The translations under genes and the position numbers were made by a program. From Planctomycetota bacterium (GTDB taxonomy: Bacteria; Planctomycetota; Planctomycetia; Pirellulales; UBA1268), in assembly GCA_003670825.1 (NCBI GenBank), contig QWQL01000120.1, forward strand, positions 1 through 32,593: a stretch of DNA of 32,593 bases. Direction: 5' to 3'. The notes under the pieces were generated by a model. That model was not told the DNA's origin and did not search any database. It saw only the letters and a program-made list of their open reading frames with translations. Shown in pieces: positions 6,723 through 14,765 of the stretch (positions are counted from its first letter, which is position 1; every line of letters starts with the position of its first letter).

Positions 6723-8921
6723 TCAGCGCTTCTTTCGAGGATCGATCAGCGGCCGTACCTCGACGTCTTCGAAGGTCACGTCACCGTCCTGGCAGAAGAA
6801 AAACAGCCTGTCTCCCTGAGCGTAGCGCGGTCGGCACATGAGTGTCCTCCGGTCGTCGATGCAAACGTCGACCATGTCCTCCTTGAGCACCATCTCCAGC
6901 GTGAATGGCCGATCGAGTCCCGCCACGTCGTCAATGGTCTGGAGGGGAACCAGGTCGTTGCCACCCGCCAGCGGGTCGCGGACCTCGACACGGGCGAGGT
7001 TCGGCGTGATGCGCAGTTCCGTGCCCGAGGCATATTCGCCAGCCCCATGCACGCAGATTCCGAACCAGCCGACCGCGGCGCCGGGCACCACGCGGGCGGT
7101 GATCCGCACCTCCTGGGGAATGCCGGCGACGAAGCCCGCCGCCATCCCGGGCAGGGCACCGACTCGCACCCGTCCCCCGGTCGCCGTGGCACCGGGTGTG
7201 AGCGGCTCGAATGCCAGGGGCAGCGGCTCACCCGTCGGCAGGGCCATTTCTGCGGGAAACTTCGTGCCCAGGGTGCCGTCCTGGTGCTGGACGAGTTCAC
7301 GGAACACGGCGTTGCCGGCCCAGCCGCCCTTGCCGATCCAGGCGACGCCGAGCCGCCGCCGGGGGCCGAAGGCGGCCGTCTTCATCACCCACTCGGCCTT
7401 GCCGCCGAAGGTGTCGACCCGGGGCCTGGTCCAAGGGCCCAGTGGGCCTTTCGCCATGCGATAGCGGGCGGTGCCCCCGTTGCTGAAGATCAGATACCAG
7501 TGTCCGTTCCACTCGAAGACGTCCGGACACTCCGGAGCACCCGGGATACCGGGCACGACCATCGGCGGTTCCTGCTTCCACGCCCGCAGGTCCAGCGACG
7601 TGAGGTGGGCCAGGCAGTCACCCCGCCGATGCAAGGCCGGTTTTTCGAGCGCCGCCGTGACGAGCATGTGGAACGTTCCCGTGGCCGGATCACGAAACAC
7701 CGTCGGGTCGCGAAACGGCCCCACCACATAGGGCGGTTCGGGACCCGCGAAGGGGTTCGGTTCGAGTTTCTCGAATGCGATTCCGTCCCGGCTCGTGGCA
7801 TGACTCAGGTACTCCGCACGCGTGTCGGTCCGGCGCGTCGCATAGAAGGCATGATACAACCCGTCATACCAGTACATCGAGCCGGTGCAGATCGACCCTT
7901 CCCACTGCTGACTCACCGGGACGGCAAAGTCGTGGAATGTCCAGTGCTTCAGGTCGCGGCTGGAGACGTGGGCCCACTGATGCGCACCGAGCCCGTTCTT
8001 GCTGCCATGATGCCGTTTGTCACCCAGGTAGTAGAAATGGAAGGTGTCGTCATGCCACATCGGGAGGCAGTCGCCGACGTTCCAGTCGGGGTGGTGCGGC
8101 TTGTAATACTGCATCGGCACCTGGAGCTTCTCATTGAGGGCGGCACGGCCGGCCTTCACCGCGGTGGAGCCACCGCTGAGCGCCTCGATCTCCGCGGCGG
8201 CCAGCGGCCGGCGCCACAGGGCTACATGGTCGACGAGTGCCGTCAGCCCTCCGGTTACCTTGCCCTCCGCGTCGGTATCGCCCCCGATCAGGAGTTCCAC
8301 CGCCTCGGCAGGCCGCAGCGTACCGAGCATGAAGTCCTCGTCCTGCCAAAGCCCGTCGACGTACAGCCGCATCTTGGCGCCGTCGCAGACCAGCACGACG
8401 TCATGCCACCCGGCGGCATCGACGAGATCGGCCGGCACGCGGGCCTCCATCGGCTTGGCGTTCTTGGTCGTGCCGATCTCGGCGGTGAACAGCATTCCCG
8501 ATGCGGGCGCGACCGACCGCAGGGCATAGGCGACTCTGGCCGGGCCTCCCGACTTCGTGACGAGGGGGCCCGCCCAGCGACCCGACGGATCGCGGACCCG
8601 GATCAGGAGGCTGATCGTTTCGTCTCGCTGATCGAGTTCGCCGTTCACACCCGAACCTGCCGCGAGCCACCCCCCCCGGATATCGGCTGCGATGCCGTCG
8701 CCACCCCGGGCTCGTGACGCCGCCGCGTCGCCCTCGTCGAGACTGGTTCCCACGGTCACCTCACCGTGCACCGTGAGTCGGCTGTTGTCACCGGCAGAGT
8801 CGTCGGGACCCGCCATGTGCCAGACGGCGACCGCGTCGTCCCACGGCCCCGCGGCAGCCACCCCCCGCGATGCGGTCGCCACGAGCAGGAATCCAGCGGC
8901 CAGGCAGCCTCGTCGCGTCAT
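6723..8921 (-). CDS. secreted LamG (concanavalin-like) + glycoside hydrolase family 32-like beta-propeller protein
   Basis: ORF 6723..9197 trimmed to Met93 (complement of 8919..8921), with signal peptide MTRRGCLAAGFLLVATASRGVAAA. LamG-type segment: WHDVVLVCDGAKMRLYVDGLWQDE...LVDHVALWRRPLAAAEIEAL. GH32-type motifs at canonical spacing: WNVGD (Asp284), FRDPTVF (Asp404), ECPDVFEWNGHWYLIFS (Glu464). The start overlaps the upstream stop by 1 nt (TAATG). Confidence 0.8.
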   Translation of the reverse strand: MTRRGCLAAGFLLVATASRGVAAAGPWDDAVAVWHMAGPDDSAGDNSRLTVHGEVTVGTSLDEGDAAASRARGGDGIAADIRGGWLAAGSGVNGELDQRDETISLLIRVRDPSGRWAGPLVTKSGGPARVAYALRSVAPASGMLFTAEIGTTKNAKPMEARVPADLVDAAGWHDVVLVCDGAKMRLYVDGLWQDEDFMLGTLRPAEAVELLIGGDTDAEGKVTGGLTALVDHVALWRRPLAAAEIEALSGGSTAVKAGRAALNEKLQVPMQYYKPHHPDWNVGDCLPMWHDDTFHFYYLGDKRHHGSKNGLGAHQWAHVSSRDLKHWTFHDFAVPVSQQWEGSICTGSMYWYDGLYHAFYATRRTDTRAEYLSHATSRDGIAFEKLEPNPFAGPEPPYVVGPFRDPTVFRDPATGTFHMLVTAALEKPALHRRGDCLAHLTSLDLRAWKQEPPMVVPGIPGAPECPDVFEWNGHWYLIFSNGGTARYRMAKGPLGPWTRPRVDTFGGKAEWVMKTAAFGPRRRLGVAWIGKGGWAGNAVFRELVQHQDGTLGTKFPAEMALPTGEPLPLAFEPLTPGATATGGRVRVGALPGMAAGFVAGIPQEVRITARVVPGAAVGWFGICVHGAGEYASGTELRITPNLARVEVRDPLAGGNDLVPLQTIDDVAGLDRPFTLEMVLKEDMVDVCIDDRRTLMCRPRYAQGDRLFFFCQDGDVTFEDVEVRPLIDPRKKR

Positions 8922-10480
8922 TATGTCGTTCTCCTCGGACTCGTCGAATCGAGCGGCAAATCGGGCACGCCTTCGTTGGGTAGGAGCTTCGGCCGCAGGA
9001 GCTGATCCTCGAAGAATGCCGCCGTACCCTCGCGATCCAGGTCCGCGAACGTGTATCCGCGGCCCGACAGCGGCCGCACGTCGACCCGTCCGCGGGCGAG
9101 CAGGCCGATCGCCAGCTCCATCATCTTGGTGTTGCAGCCGCTCGTCCCCATCACGGCGGCGTTCCCGTAGTGCCAGACGCCGCTCTCGATGCGGCAAGGT
9201 CCGCGAGTGCCCGCGAAGGCCAGCACACGGCCCCCGGTGGGGGCGATCAGGGCATGGGCGGTCGCCAGGGTATCGCCGCTGCCCGCCGCCAGGATCACGT
9301 CGTCGAAACCCTTGAACGGACGACCGTATGGATCGGCCTCGGCGGGCGTGAACCCGGCGGCGAGTCTTGCCAGCGCGGCGTCGTCCTCCGCCACGAGGCA
9401 GGTCGCCCGGGGATCGGCCAGCACCCGGTCGACAAGGTTCCGCTTCGCGGCCGAGCGGACCACGACCACCACCTGCCGGGCGCCTCCGACATCGAGCACC
9501 GGATCCTCGACGAGGGCCAGCTTGGCCGCCATCATCGCCATCGAGCCCGAGCCGATGACGAGCGTCACGCCCCCCGGCATGACGCCCTTCTTGAGGACAC
9601 TCCCGCGGGCATCCTGGCCGAGTTCATGGGTCGACTTCTGCAGGCAGTCGAGCAGACAGGCCAATGGCTCCACGAGCGCGGCACTCGTGTCGTCGATCCC
9701 CTCCGGCACGGGCAGCACCGACCCCGAGCGGATCACCTCCGGACGGATGCGGACGTACTGGGCGAAGGCGCCCGCCTGATTCATCGCCAGGTCGGTGATG
9801 TTGCCCCCCAGCAACTGCACTCCCCTGGCACCTCGGAGCCGCGGGGGCGCCGGCTGGTAATGCGCGATCCGCGACTGCAGGCAGTAGCGGCGGCCGATGC
9901 GGAAGTCGAACTGCTCCCACGTGAGCTGCTCACCTGCGAGGTAGCCGATGCCGGTGGTGAGCTCGTGCACGCGGCTGCCGACGAACACCAGCTGGACGAC
10001 CGTCTCGTGGCCGAAGATCCGCCCCCAGTGAAGTTCGAGTTGCCGCCGCAGGTCGCGGCGGGCCACGTCATCCAGATCCGCCACGGCCTTGGCGACCTCG
10101 GCGTACAGCCCGTCGTCATGAACGTCCGCCCGTGGAGTGCCGGTCTCGAGGAGACGCACGTAGTCGAGAAATCGGCCGGAGTCACCATGGGCGGCGGAGC
10201 CGACGAGGGCGGCGAGTTCTTCCAGCAGGCTCTCCTCGGCCTGATCGCGGCGGCCGGACTGGTAGATCTTCACGTCGGTGCCGCAGCGGTGCACCACGTT
10301 CACGCGCCCGATCAGATCGTGGGCCGTCCCGAAGATCGGCCGGTCCGCGACCACGCGATAGTCACCCTTGCCAAAGTACACCAGGGCGTGCATGCGTCCC
10401 GAGACCTCGATCGGGCTGCCGTCGGCATCGCACCCCGACCGGCGGTCGGGCCAATCAAAGCCGCATGTCGCGGACGTCAT
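8921..10480 (-). CDS. medium-chain (zinc-type) alcohol/polyol dehydrogenase family protein with a long insertion
   Basis: RVNVVHRCGTDVKIY (catalytic-Zn Cys region), ...GHETVVQLVFVGSRV (GHE motif), VEPLACLLDCL, VTLVIGSGSMAMMAAKLA (Rossmann). ATG 10480 overlaps the aldolase stop (ATGA). An alternative start is Met30 (MHALVYFGKGDY, about 10393). Confidence 0.75.
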   Translation of the reverse strand: MTSATCGFDWPDRRSGCDADGSPIEVSGRMHALVYFGKGDYRVVADRPIFGTAHDLIGRVNVVHRCGTDVKIYQSGRRDQAEESLLEELAALVGSAAHGDSGRFLDYVRLLETGTPRADVHDDGLYAEVAKAVADLDDVARRDLRRQLELHWGRIFGHETVVQLVFVGSRVHELTTGIGYLAGEQLTWEQFDFRIGRRYCLQSRIAHYQPAPPRLRGARGVQLLGGNITDLAMNQAGAFAQYVRIRPEVIRSGSVLPVPEGIDDTSAALVEPLACLLDCLQKSTHELGQDARGSVLKKGVMPGGVTLVIGSGSMAMMAAKLALVEDPVLDVGGARQVVVVVRSAAKRNLVDRVLADPRATCLVAEDDAALARLAAGFTPAEADPYGRPFKGFDDVILAAGSGDTLATAHALIAPTGGRVLAFAGTRGPCRIESGVWHYGNAAVMGTSGCNTKMMELAIGLLARGRVDVRPLSGRGYTFADLDREGTAAFFEDQLLRPKLLPNEGVPDLPLDSTSPRRTT

Positions 10481-11532
10481 GACCGCGATTCCTCCGCGAG
10501 CCGCGCATACCCGAGCGCTTCGAGCATCCCACCACAGACGTCGGCGACGTGCCGGCGACGGACGTCATGGCCAAAACTCTCCGAGTTGATCCACAGGTTG
10601 TTGCCGTCGATCACGTCCGCTTCCCGCTCCCGGAGGATTCGATAGAGCTTCTGGCCGGCACCCACCGCCATCGCCGTGTAGAAGTTGACCTTGCAGATCC
10701 CATCCGCTGCGGTGTCGCCGACGCGTCCTTCCAGGCACGAGGTTCCGTGCAACGCCATGATCGGTCCGACGCGGTCGCGGATCAACCTGGCCAGCTCCCG
10801 CTCGTAGCGTCGTTCCGCCCGCCCGGCTCCGACACTGCGGTGCTCCGTGCCGAGATTCGGCACGACGAGATCGACGCCGGTCGAGCGGACGAATGCCTCC
10901 ACCGCACCGGGAGTCGAGAGCTGATCGTCGCGGCTGAGCTTCAGTCGGGCAATGTCGGCCGGATCGTAGATTTTGTCGGCCGCCCCCTCCACCACGACCT
11001 GATCGCCGAACCTCGCGACGTAGGCGGCCGTCAGGCGGATGTTCTCCGCCTCTTCGAGCTTCGAGGCGTCGTGCATGATGATCGCCATCCGCTCGACCAC
11101 CGACGGATCGTGGAGCATCGCCGCGTCCTCTGGGTCGGTGGCCCAGCCGTGATCGATGAACGGCAGGATGCGGACGGCGGGAAACCGGGGCCGCCCGTCG
11201 GCCCCGGCCAGCGAATCGTAGACAGCGAGCGTTCGCAGCCAGATCTCGCACCCCTCGCGGACATCACCCCCGTCGAAGCCTCCGAGATCGGTGCGGGTGA
11301 CGCACGACGTGCTGATCTTTCGGAACTGCGCGTTGTCGGGATAGATGCCGGTCATGCCGATGGCGATCGGCACCTCGGCAAGGCCGTGGCGGTCGGCGAA
11401 ACGCTGCGCACCGATCAGCAGGCCCTCGATCTCGGCAGCCAGTTCGCCGTTGGGACTGAACAGTGCGGTGCCCGCAGCGCGGAGGCGTTGGAGCGTGGCC
11501 AGGACGTCGCTACGACCGGTGACGAGTTTCAT
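10477..11532 (-). CDS. class II (metal-dependent) ketose-bisphosphate aldolase family protein (FBA/tagatose-bisphosphate aldolase-like)
   Basis: ORF 10477..11874 trimmed to Met115 (complement of 11530..11532): MKLVTGRSDVLATLQRLRAAG...ILPFIDHGW (DHG), IIMHDAS, VVVEGAADKI, DLVVPNLGTEHR, IMALHGTS, ICKVNFYTA. These match the class II aldolase motif series. The upstream 114 codons are Arg/Ser/Pro junk overlapping the SDR gene end. Confidence 0.85.
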   Translation of the reverse strand: MKLVTGRSDVLATLQRLRAAGTALFSPNGELAAEIEGLLIGAQRFADRHGLAEVPIAIGMTGIYPDNAQFRKISTSCVTRTDLGGFDGGDVREGCEIWLRTLAVYDSLAGADGRPRFPAVRILPFIDHGWATDPEDAAMLHDPSVVERMAIIMHDASKLEEAENIRLTAAYVARFGDQVVVEGAADKIYDPADIARLKLSRDDQLSTPGAVEAFVRSTGVDLVVPNLGTEHRSVGAGRAERRYERELARLIRDRVGPIMALHGTSCLEGRVGDTAADGICKVNFYTAMAVGAGQKLYRILREREADVIDGNNLWINSESFGHDVRRRHVADVCGGMLEALGYARLAEESRS

Positions 11533-11566
11533 GGCGAGTTCCGTGGGAAGATGGCCTTTCGGATCG

Positions 11567-12361
11567 TCACGTTGGGACGGCGCCTCCGTTGACGCCGATC
11601 GCCTGGGCGTTGACGTAGCCCGCGCGGGGCGATGCCAGGAAGGCCACGAGGGCGGCGATGTCATCCTCGCTGCAGCTGCGTCCGGCCGGCGAGCGGGCGA
11701 TCCGCCGTGCCTTGAGCTCCTCGAGGCCGCCGACGCCCTCCTTCTCGCAGCTGATTCGCACCAGTTCCGGGTCGAGCCACGAGCCGGCGGTCGAGCCGTC
11801 GCCGGGATAGACGTCGGATGGGCAGACGATATTGGCGGTAATCCCGTCTCGGCCCAGCTCCAGACCGGCCGCAACGCTCAACCCATGGAGGAAATACTTG
11901 CTCGCGGAGTAGACGGCGAGGCCGGCACTCGCCTTGAGCCCCGATGAGGAGCCAATGTAGATGAGCCGCCCCCAGCCCGCTTTCCGCAGGTGTGGAACCG
12001 CGGCTCTCGTCACGTTCAAAGGACCGCGGACGTTGACGGCGAGCGTGGCGTCGACGTCATCGTCGGAAACCGTTGCCAGCAGTCCGGCTCGCGTGATGCC
12101 CACGTTGCTGACCACGACGTGGACGGCACCCCACCTCGCGGCCACGGCGGCCAGCGACTCCGCGACCGCTGTGGCATCGGTGACATCGACCGTCAGCGGC
12201 ATGCCTTTGCAGGCTGCCGCCGTGTCGCCGGCGCGGGATCCGTCGAGATCGGCCACTGCCACCCGCGCGCCCTCGGCGGCGAGTGTGCGGGCGATGGCTG
12301 CGCCGATTCCCCGGCCACCCCCAGTCACGAACACGACCGTGTCCCGCAACTGCAAATCCAC
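11567..12361 (-). CDS. short-chain dehydrogenase/reductase (SDR)
   Basis: VVFVTGGGRGIGAAIARTLAAEG (TGxxxGxG), NVG, YSASK (YxxxK), ANIVCP. I prefer the GTG at 12361 (VDLQLRDTVVFVTGG), preceded by GAGGAG 6 nt upstream. The longest ORF starts at GTG 12415. Confidence 0.85.
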   Translation of the reverse strand: MDLQLRDTVVFVTGGGRGIGAAIARTLAAEGARVAVADLDGSRAGDTAAACKGMPLTVDVTDATAVAESLAAVAARWGAVHVVVSNVGITRAGLLATVSDDDVDATLAVNVRGPLNVTRAAVPHLRKAGWGRLIYIGSSSGLKASAGLAVYSASKYFLHGLSVAAGLELGRDGITANIVCPSDVYPGDGSTAGSWLDPELVRISCEKEGVGGLEELKARRIARSPAGRSCSEDDIAALVAFLASPRAGYVNAQAIGVNGGAVPT

Positions 12362-12426
12362 GTGCTGCTCCTCACCCACCGAGACGCCCGACACCGATCG
12401 ACGCGGGTCCAGCACGATAGCAGACC

Positions 12427-12441
12427 GCAGAACAGTTCTGC
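12427..12441. promoter_or_regulatory. perfect 7-1-7 inverted repeat GCAGAAC-A-GTTCTGC upstream of the SDR-aldolase-MDR-GH32 operon (candidate operator)
   Basis: Read directly: gcagaacagttctgc. It lies 66 nt upstream of GTG 12361. On the minus strand a TATCGT -10-like hexamer follows at 12414..12419. Confidence 0.3.
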
Positions 12442-12572
12442 TACCGGCAGTCGCGCGCCGGCCAACGCCACTCCGAGCATTCGCGGGCGGCCATCACGGG
12501 CATCGGCTCATTCAACGCCACGTTCATCAGGCTGACCCGCGTGAAAGGAAACGTCCACCGCCAAGTCCTGGC

Positions 12573-12601
12573 TTGACTCGACAGAAGCGGGCGGACATAC
12601 T
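12573..12601 (+). promoter_or_regulatory. candidate sigma70-like promoter for the DUF1080/Gfo operon
   Basis: TTGACT (12573..12578), 17-nt spacer, CATACT (12596..12601), about 55 nt upstream of ATG 12658. Planctomycete promoter consensus is poorly known, so this is tentative. Confidence 0.3.
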
Positions 12602-12657
12602 TGAAAATTTGGGGGGCAGCTATCGGTGCCCCGCAGTCGACTCTCGGAACTGGTGGC

Positions 12658-13368
12658 ATGCGTGGCGGCGTCTTGATCCCCGCGGCAGTCGTGCGGCGGC
12701 GCTCCCTGATTGCTGCAGCCGTCGGCCTCGCGGCGGTGTCCGTTCGTCCCGGCTGGGCAAGAGCGGCGGATCCGCCGTTACCCGAGGTCGTGGAGGAGGG
12801 CTTCGTGCCGCTCTTCAATGGATCCGACATGACCGGCTGGGTCGGCAACGTCACAGGATACATTCCCGAGGCCGACGGCAAACTCGTCTGCTCGCCCGGC
12901 CGCGGGCAGGGCAACCTCTACACCGCCCGCGAGTACGCCAACTTCGTCCTTCGCTTCGAATTCCGACTCACCCCGGGAGCCAACAACGGCCTCGGCATTC
13001 GTGCCCCCCTCGAGGGCGACGCCGCCTACGTGGGTATGGAGTTGCAGATCCTGGACGACGGCGCCGAGGTGTACCGCAACGTTCAGCCGTGGCAGCGGCA
13101 TGGCTCGATCTACCACGTCGTCGCCGCCAAACCGGGCCACCTGCGGCCCGTGGGCGAGTGGAACGAGCAGGAAGTGGTCGCGGACGGCCGCCACGTCACG
13201 GTGACGCTCAACGGCACGGTGATCGTCGATGCCGATCTCGACGCCGTCAAGGATCCGGCCATCCTCTCGAAGCACCCAGGCCTGCTGCGAGACAAGGGCC
13301 ACATCGGCTTCCTCGGCCACGGGTCGCCGCTTGCCTTCCGCAAGATCCGCATCAAGGAGCTGCCATGA
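12658..13368 (+). CDS. DUF1080 (3-keto-disaccharide hydrolase family, concanavalin-like) exported protein
   Basis: ORF 12601..13368 trimmed to ATG 12658: MRGGVLIPAAVVRRRSLIAAAVGLAAV (Tat-like RRR) ...GFVPLFNGSDMTGWVG...NLYTAREYANFVLRFEFRLTPGANNGLGIR...GHIGFLGHGSPLAFRKIRIKEL. These are typical DUF1080 motifs. Confidence 0.85.
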   Translation: MRGGVLIPAAVVRRRSLIAAAVGLAAVSVRPGWARAADPPLPEVVEEGFVPLFNGSDMTGWVGNVTGYIPEADGKLVCSPGRGQGNLYTAREYANFVLRFEFRLTPGANNGLGIRAPLEGDAAYVGMELQILDDGAEVYRNVQPWQRHGSIYHVVAAKPGHLRPVGEWNEQEVVADGRHVTVTLNGTVIVDADLDAVKDPAILSKHPGLLRDKGHIGFLGHGSPLAFRKIRIKELP

Positions 13369-14666
13369 GAAGACGGGGCATGAGGGTGGGACGGAGGCAG
13401 TTCCTGGGTGCTGCTTCGGCCGGCCTGGCGGCCGGCAGCGTCTGGAGCGGGTTGCCGGCCAGGGCATCCGTCTCCCCGAACGAGAAGCTCGCCATCGCGG
13501 CCGTAGGAACGGGCGGCATGGCTGCCGCCGACCTCAAGAACCTCGCGGGTGAGGAGATCGTCGCCATCTGCGATGTCGACGAGAAGACCTTGGCGACGGC
13601 GGCGACTCTCTATCCCCGCTCGGAACGGTATCACGATTTCCGGCTGATGCTCGAGCAGGAAGCGGGACGCATCGACGCCGTCCTAGTGGCCACCCCCGAT
13701 CACCTCCACGCAACGGCGACCATGATGGCGCTCAAGATGGGCAAGCACGTCTATTGCGAGAAGCCGCTGACCTGGTCTGTGCAGGAGGCGCGGACCGTCG
13801 CGGCGGCGGCGGCGGAGCGGCGGCTCGTGACGCAGATGGGCATCGGGGTCCATGCGACCGACAACTACCGGCGCGTCGTGGAACTGGTTCGCAGCGGCGT
13901 TGTCGGGCCGATCCGGGAAGTCGTGGTCTGGTGCAACAAGGCCTGGGGCGGGGACGGCCGCGTCCATCAGCCCGTGCCTGCCCCGGCGACGCTGCACTGG
14001 GATCTCTGGCTCGGTCCGGCAGCTGCCCGTGACTACGCCGCCGGCGCCTACCACCCGGGACAGTGGCGCCGGTGGTGGGCCTTCGGCGGCGGCACCCTCG
14101 GCGACATGGCATGCCACCTCGTCGACCTGCCGTTCTGGGCACTGGAGTTGACGCTGCCGGAATCGATCGAGGCGCAGGGGCCGCCGCCGGATCCGGAGAC
14201 GGCCCCGCCGGAGCTCTCCGTCACGTACCGCTTCCCCGCCCGCGGGCAACTTCCGCCTGTCAAGCTGACGTGGCACGACGGCACCCGGGCACCGAAGGAG
14301 GTGGCTGGATATCCGGTGCCGGCCATGGGCGTGATGTTCGTGGGCGAGACGGGGAGCCTGTTCGCCGACTATGGCAGTTGGAAACTGCTCCCTGCGGACC
14401 GATTCACCGGGTTCGTCGCTCCGCCGCAGTCGATCCCGAAATCCGTCGGCCACTGGCAGGAATGGATCGATGCCTGCAAGACAGGTGGACCGACCACCTG
14501 CGACTTCGCCTATTCGGCGCGGCTCACGGAGACGGTGCTGCTCGGCAATGTCGCCTACCGAAGCGGCCGCGCGATCTCCTGGGATGCCGCCGCCGGCAAG
14601 CCCGTTGACTGCCCGGAGGCGGAGCCCTTCCTCGCCCGGGAATACCGCCGCGGATGGACCCTCTGA
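13365..14666 (+). CDS. Tat-signal Gfo/Idh/MocA family oxidoreductase (paralog 1)
   Basis: C-terminal 433 aa of the 901-aa track ORF. ATG 13365 overlaps the DUF1080 stop (ATGA). MRRRGMRVGRRQFLGAASAGLAAGS (twin-Arg), KLAIAAVGTGGMAAADL (Rossmann), VLVATPDHLHATATMMALKMGKHVYCEKP, HWDLWLGPA. Confidence 0.9.
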   Translation: MRRRGMRVGRRQFLGAASAGLAAGSVWSGLPARASVSPNEKLAIAAVGTGGMAAADLKNLAGEEIVAICDVDEKTLATAATLYPRSERYHDFRLMLEQEAGRIDAVLVATPDHLHATATMMALKMGKHVYCEKPLTWSVQEARTVAAAAAERRLVTQMGIGVHATDNYRRVVELVRSGVVGPIREVVVWCNKAWGGDGRVHQPVPAPATLHWDLWLGPAAARDYAAGAYHPGQWRRWWAFGGGTLGDMACHLVDLPFWALELTLPESIEAQGPPPDPETAPPELSVTYRFPARGQLPPVKLTWHDGTRAPKEVAGYPVPAMGVMFVGETGSLFADYGSWKLLPADRFTGFVAPPQSIPKSVGHWQEWIDACKTGGPTTCDFAYSARLTETVLLGNVAYRSGRAISWDAAAGKPVDCPEAEPFLAREYRRGWTL

Positions 14667-14765
14667 TAGGCGCTCCGCCGCGCGGCCGATGGAGTGTGAC
14701 GACACGCATGGCCATCCTTTCTCAACTCCCATAGCGTTCTCTTTCCCCCGAGGTACAGGACAGTC

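Noticed and set aside
8670-8677. C8 homopolymer (G8 on the coding strand) inside the GH32-like gene
   Set aside because: The reading frame is intact through it (IRGGWLAAG). I noted it only as a potential slippage or sequencing-error hotspot; there is no evidence of phase variation.
7047-8717. 556-aa plus-strand ORF
   Set aside because: It lies entirely antisense to the well-supported GH32-like gene. The translation is Arg/Gly/Pro-rich with no recognisable motif. Long antisense ORFs are expected at this GC content.
8922-9197. 92-codon N-terminal extension of the GH32-like ORF
   Set aside because: It overlaps the 3' end of the MDR gene and is Arg-rich. A proper signal peptide begins at the internal Met (8921), which also gives a stop/start overlap.
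9170-11592. Plus-strand ORFs 9170..10645 (491 aa) and 10549..11592 (347 aa)
   Set aside because: Both are antisense to the MDR dehydrogenase and aldolase genes, and neither contains a recognisable domain motif.
11961-13364. N-terminal 468 codons of the 901-aa track ORF 11961..14666
   Set aside because: This part is antisense to the SDR gene, crosses an intergenic region and overlaps the DUF1080 gene in another frame. The genuine Gfo/Idh/MocA protein starts at the Tat-signal Met at 13365.
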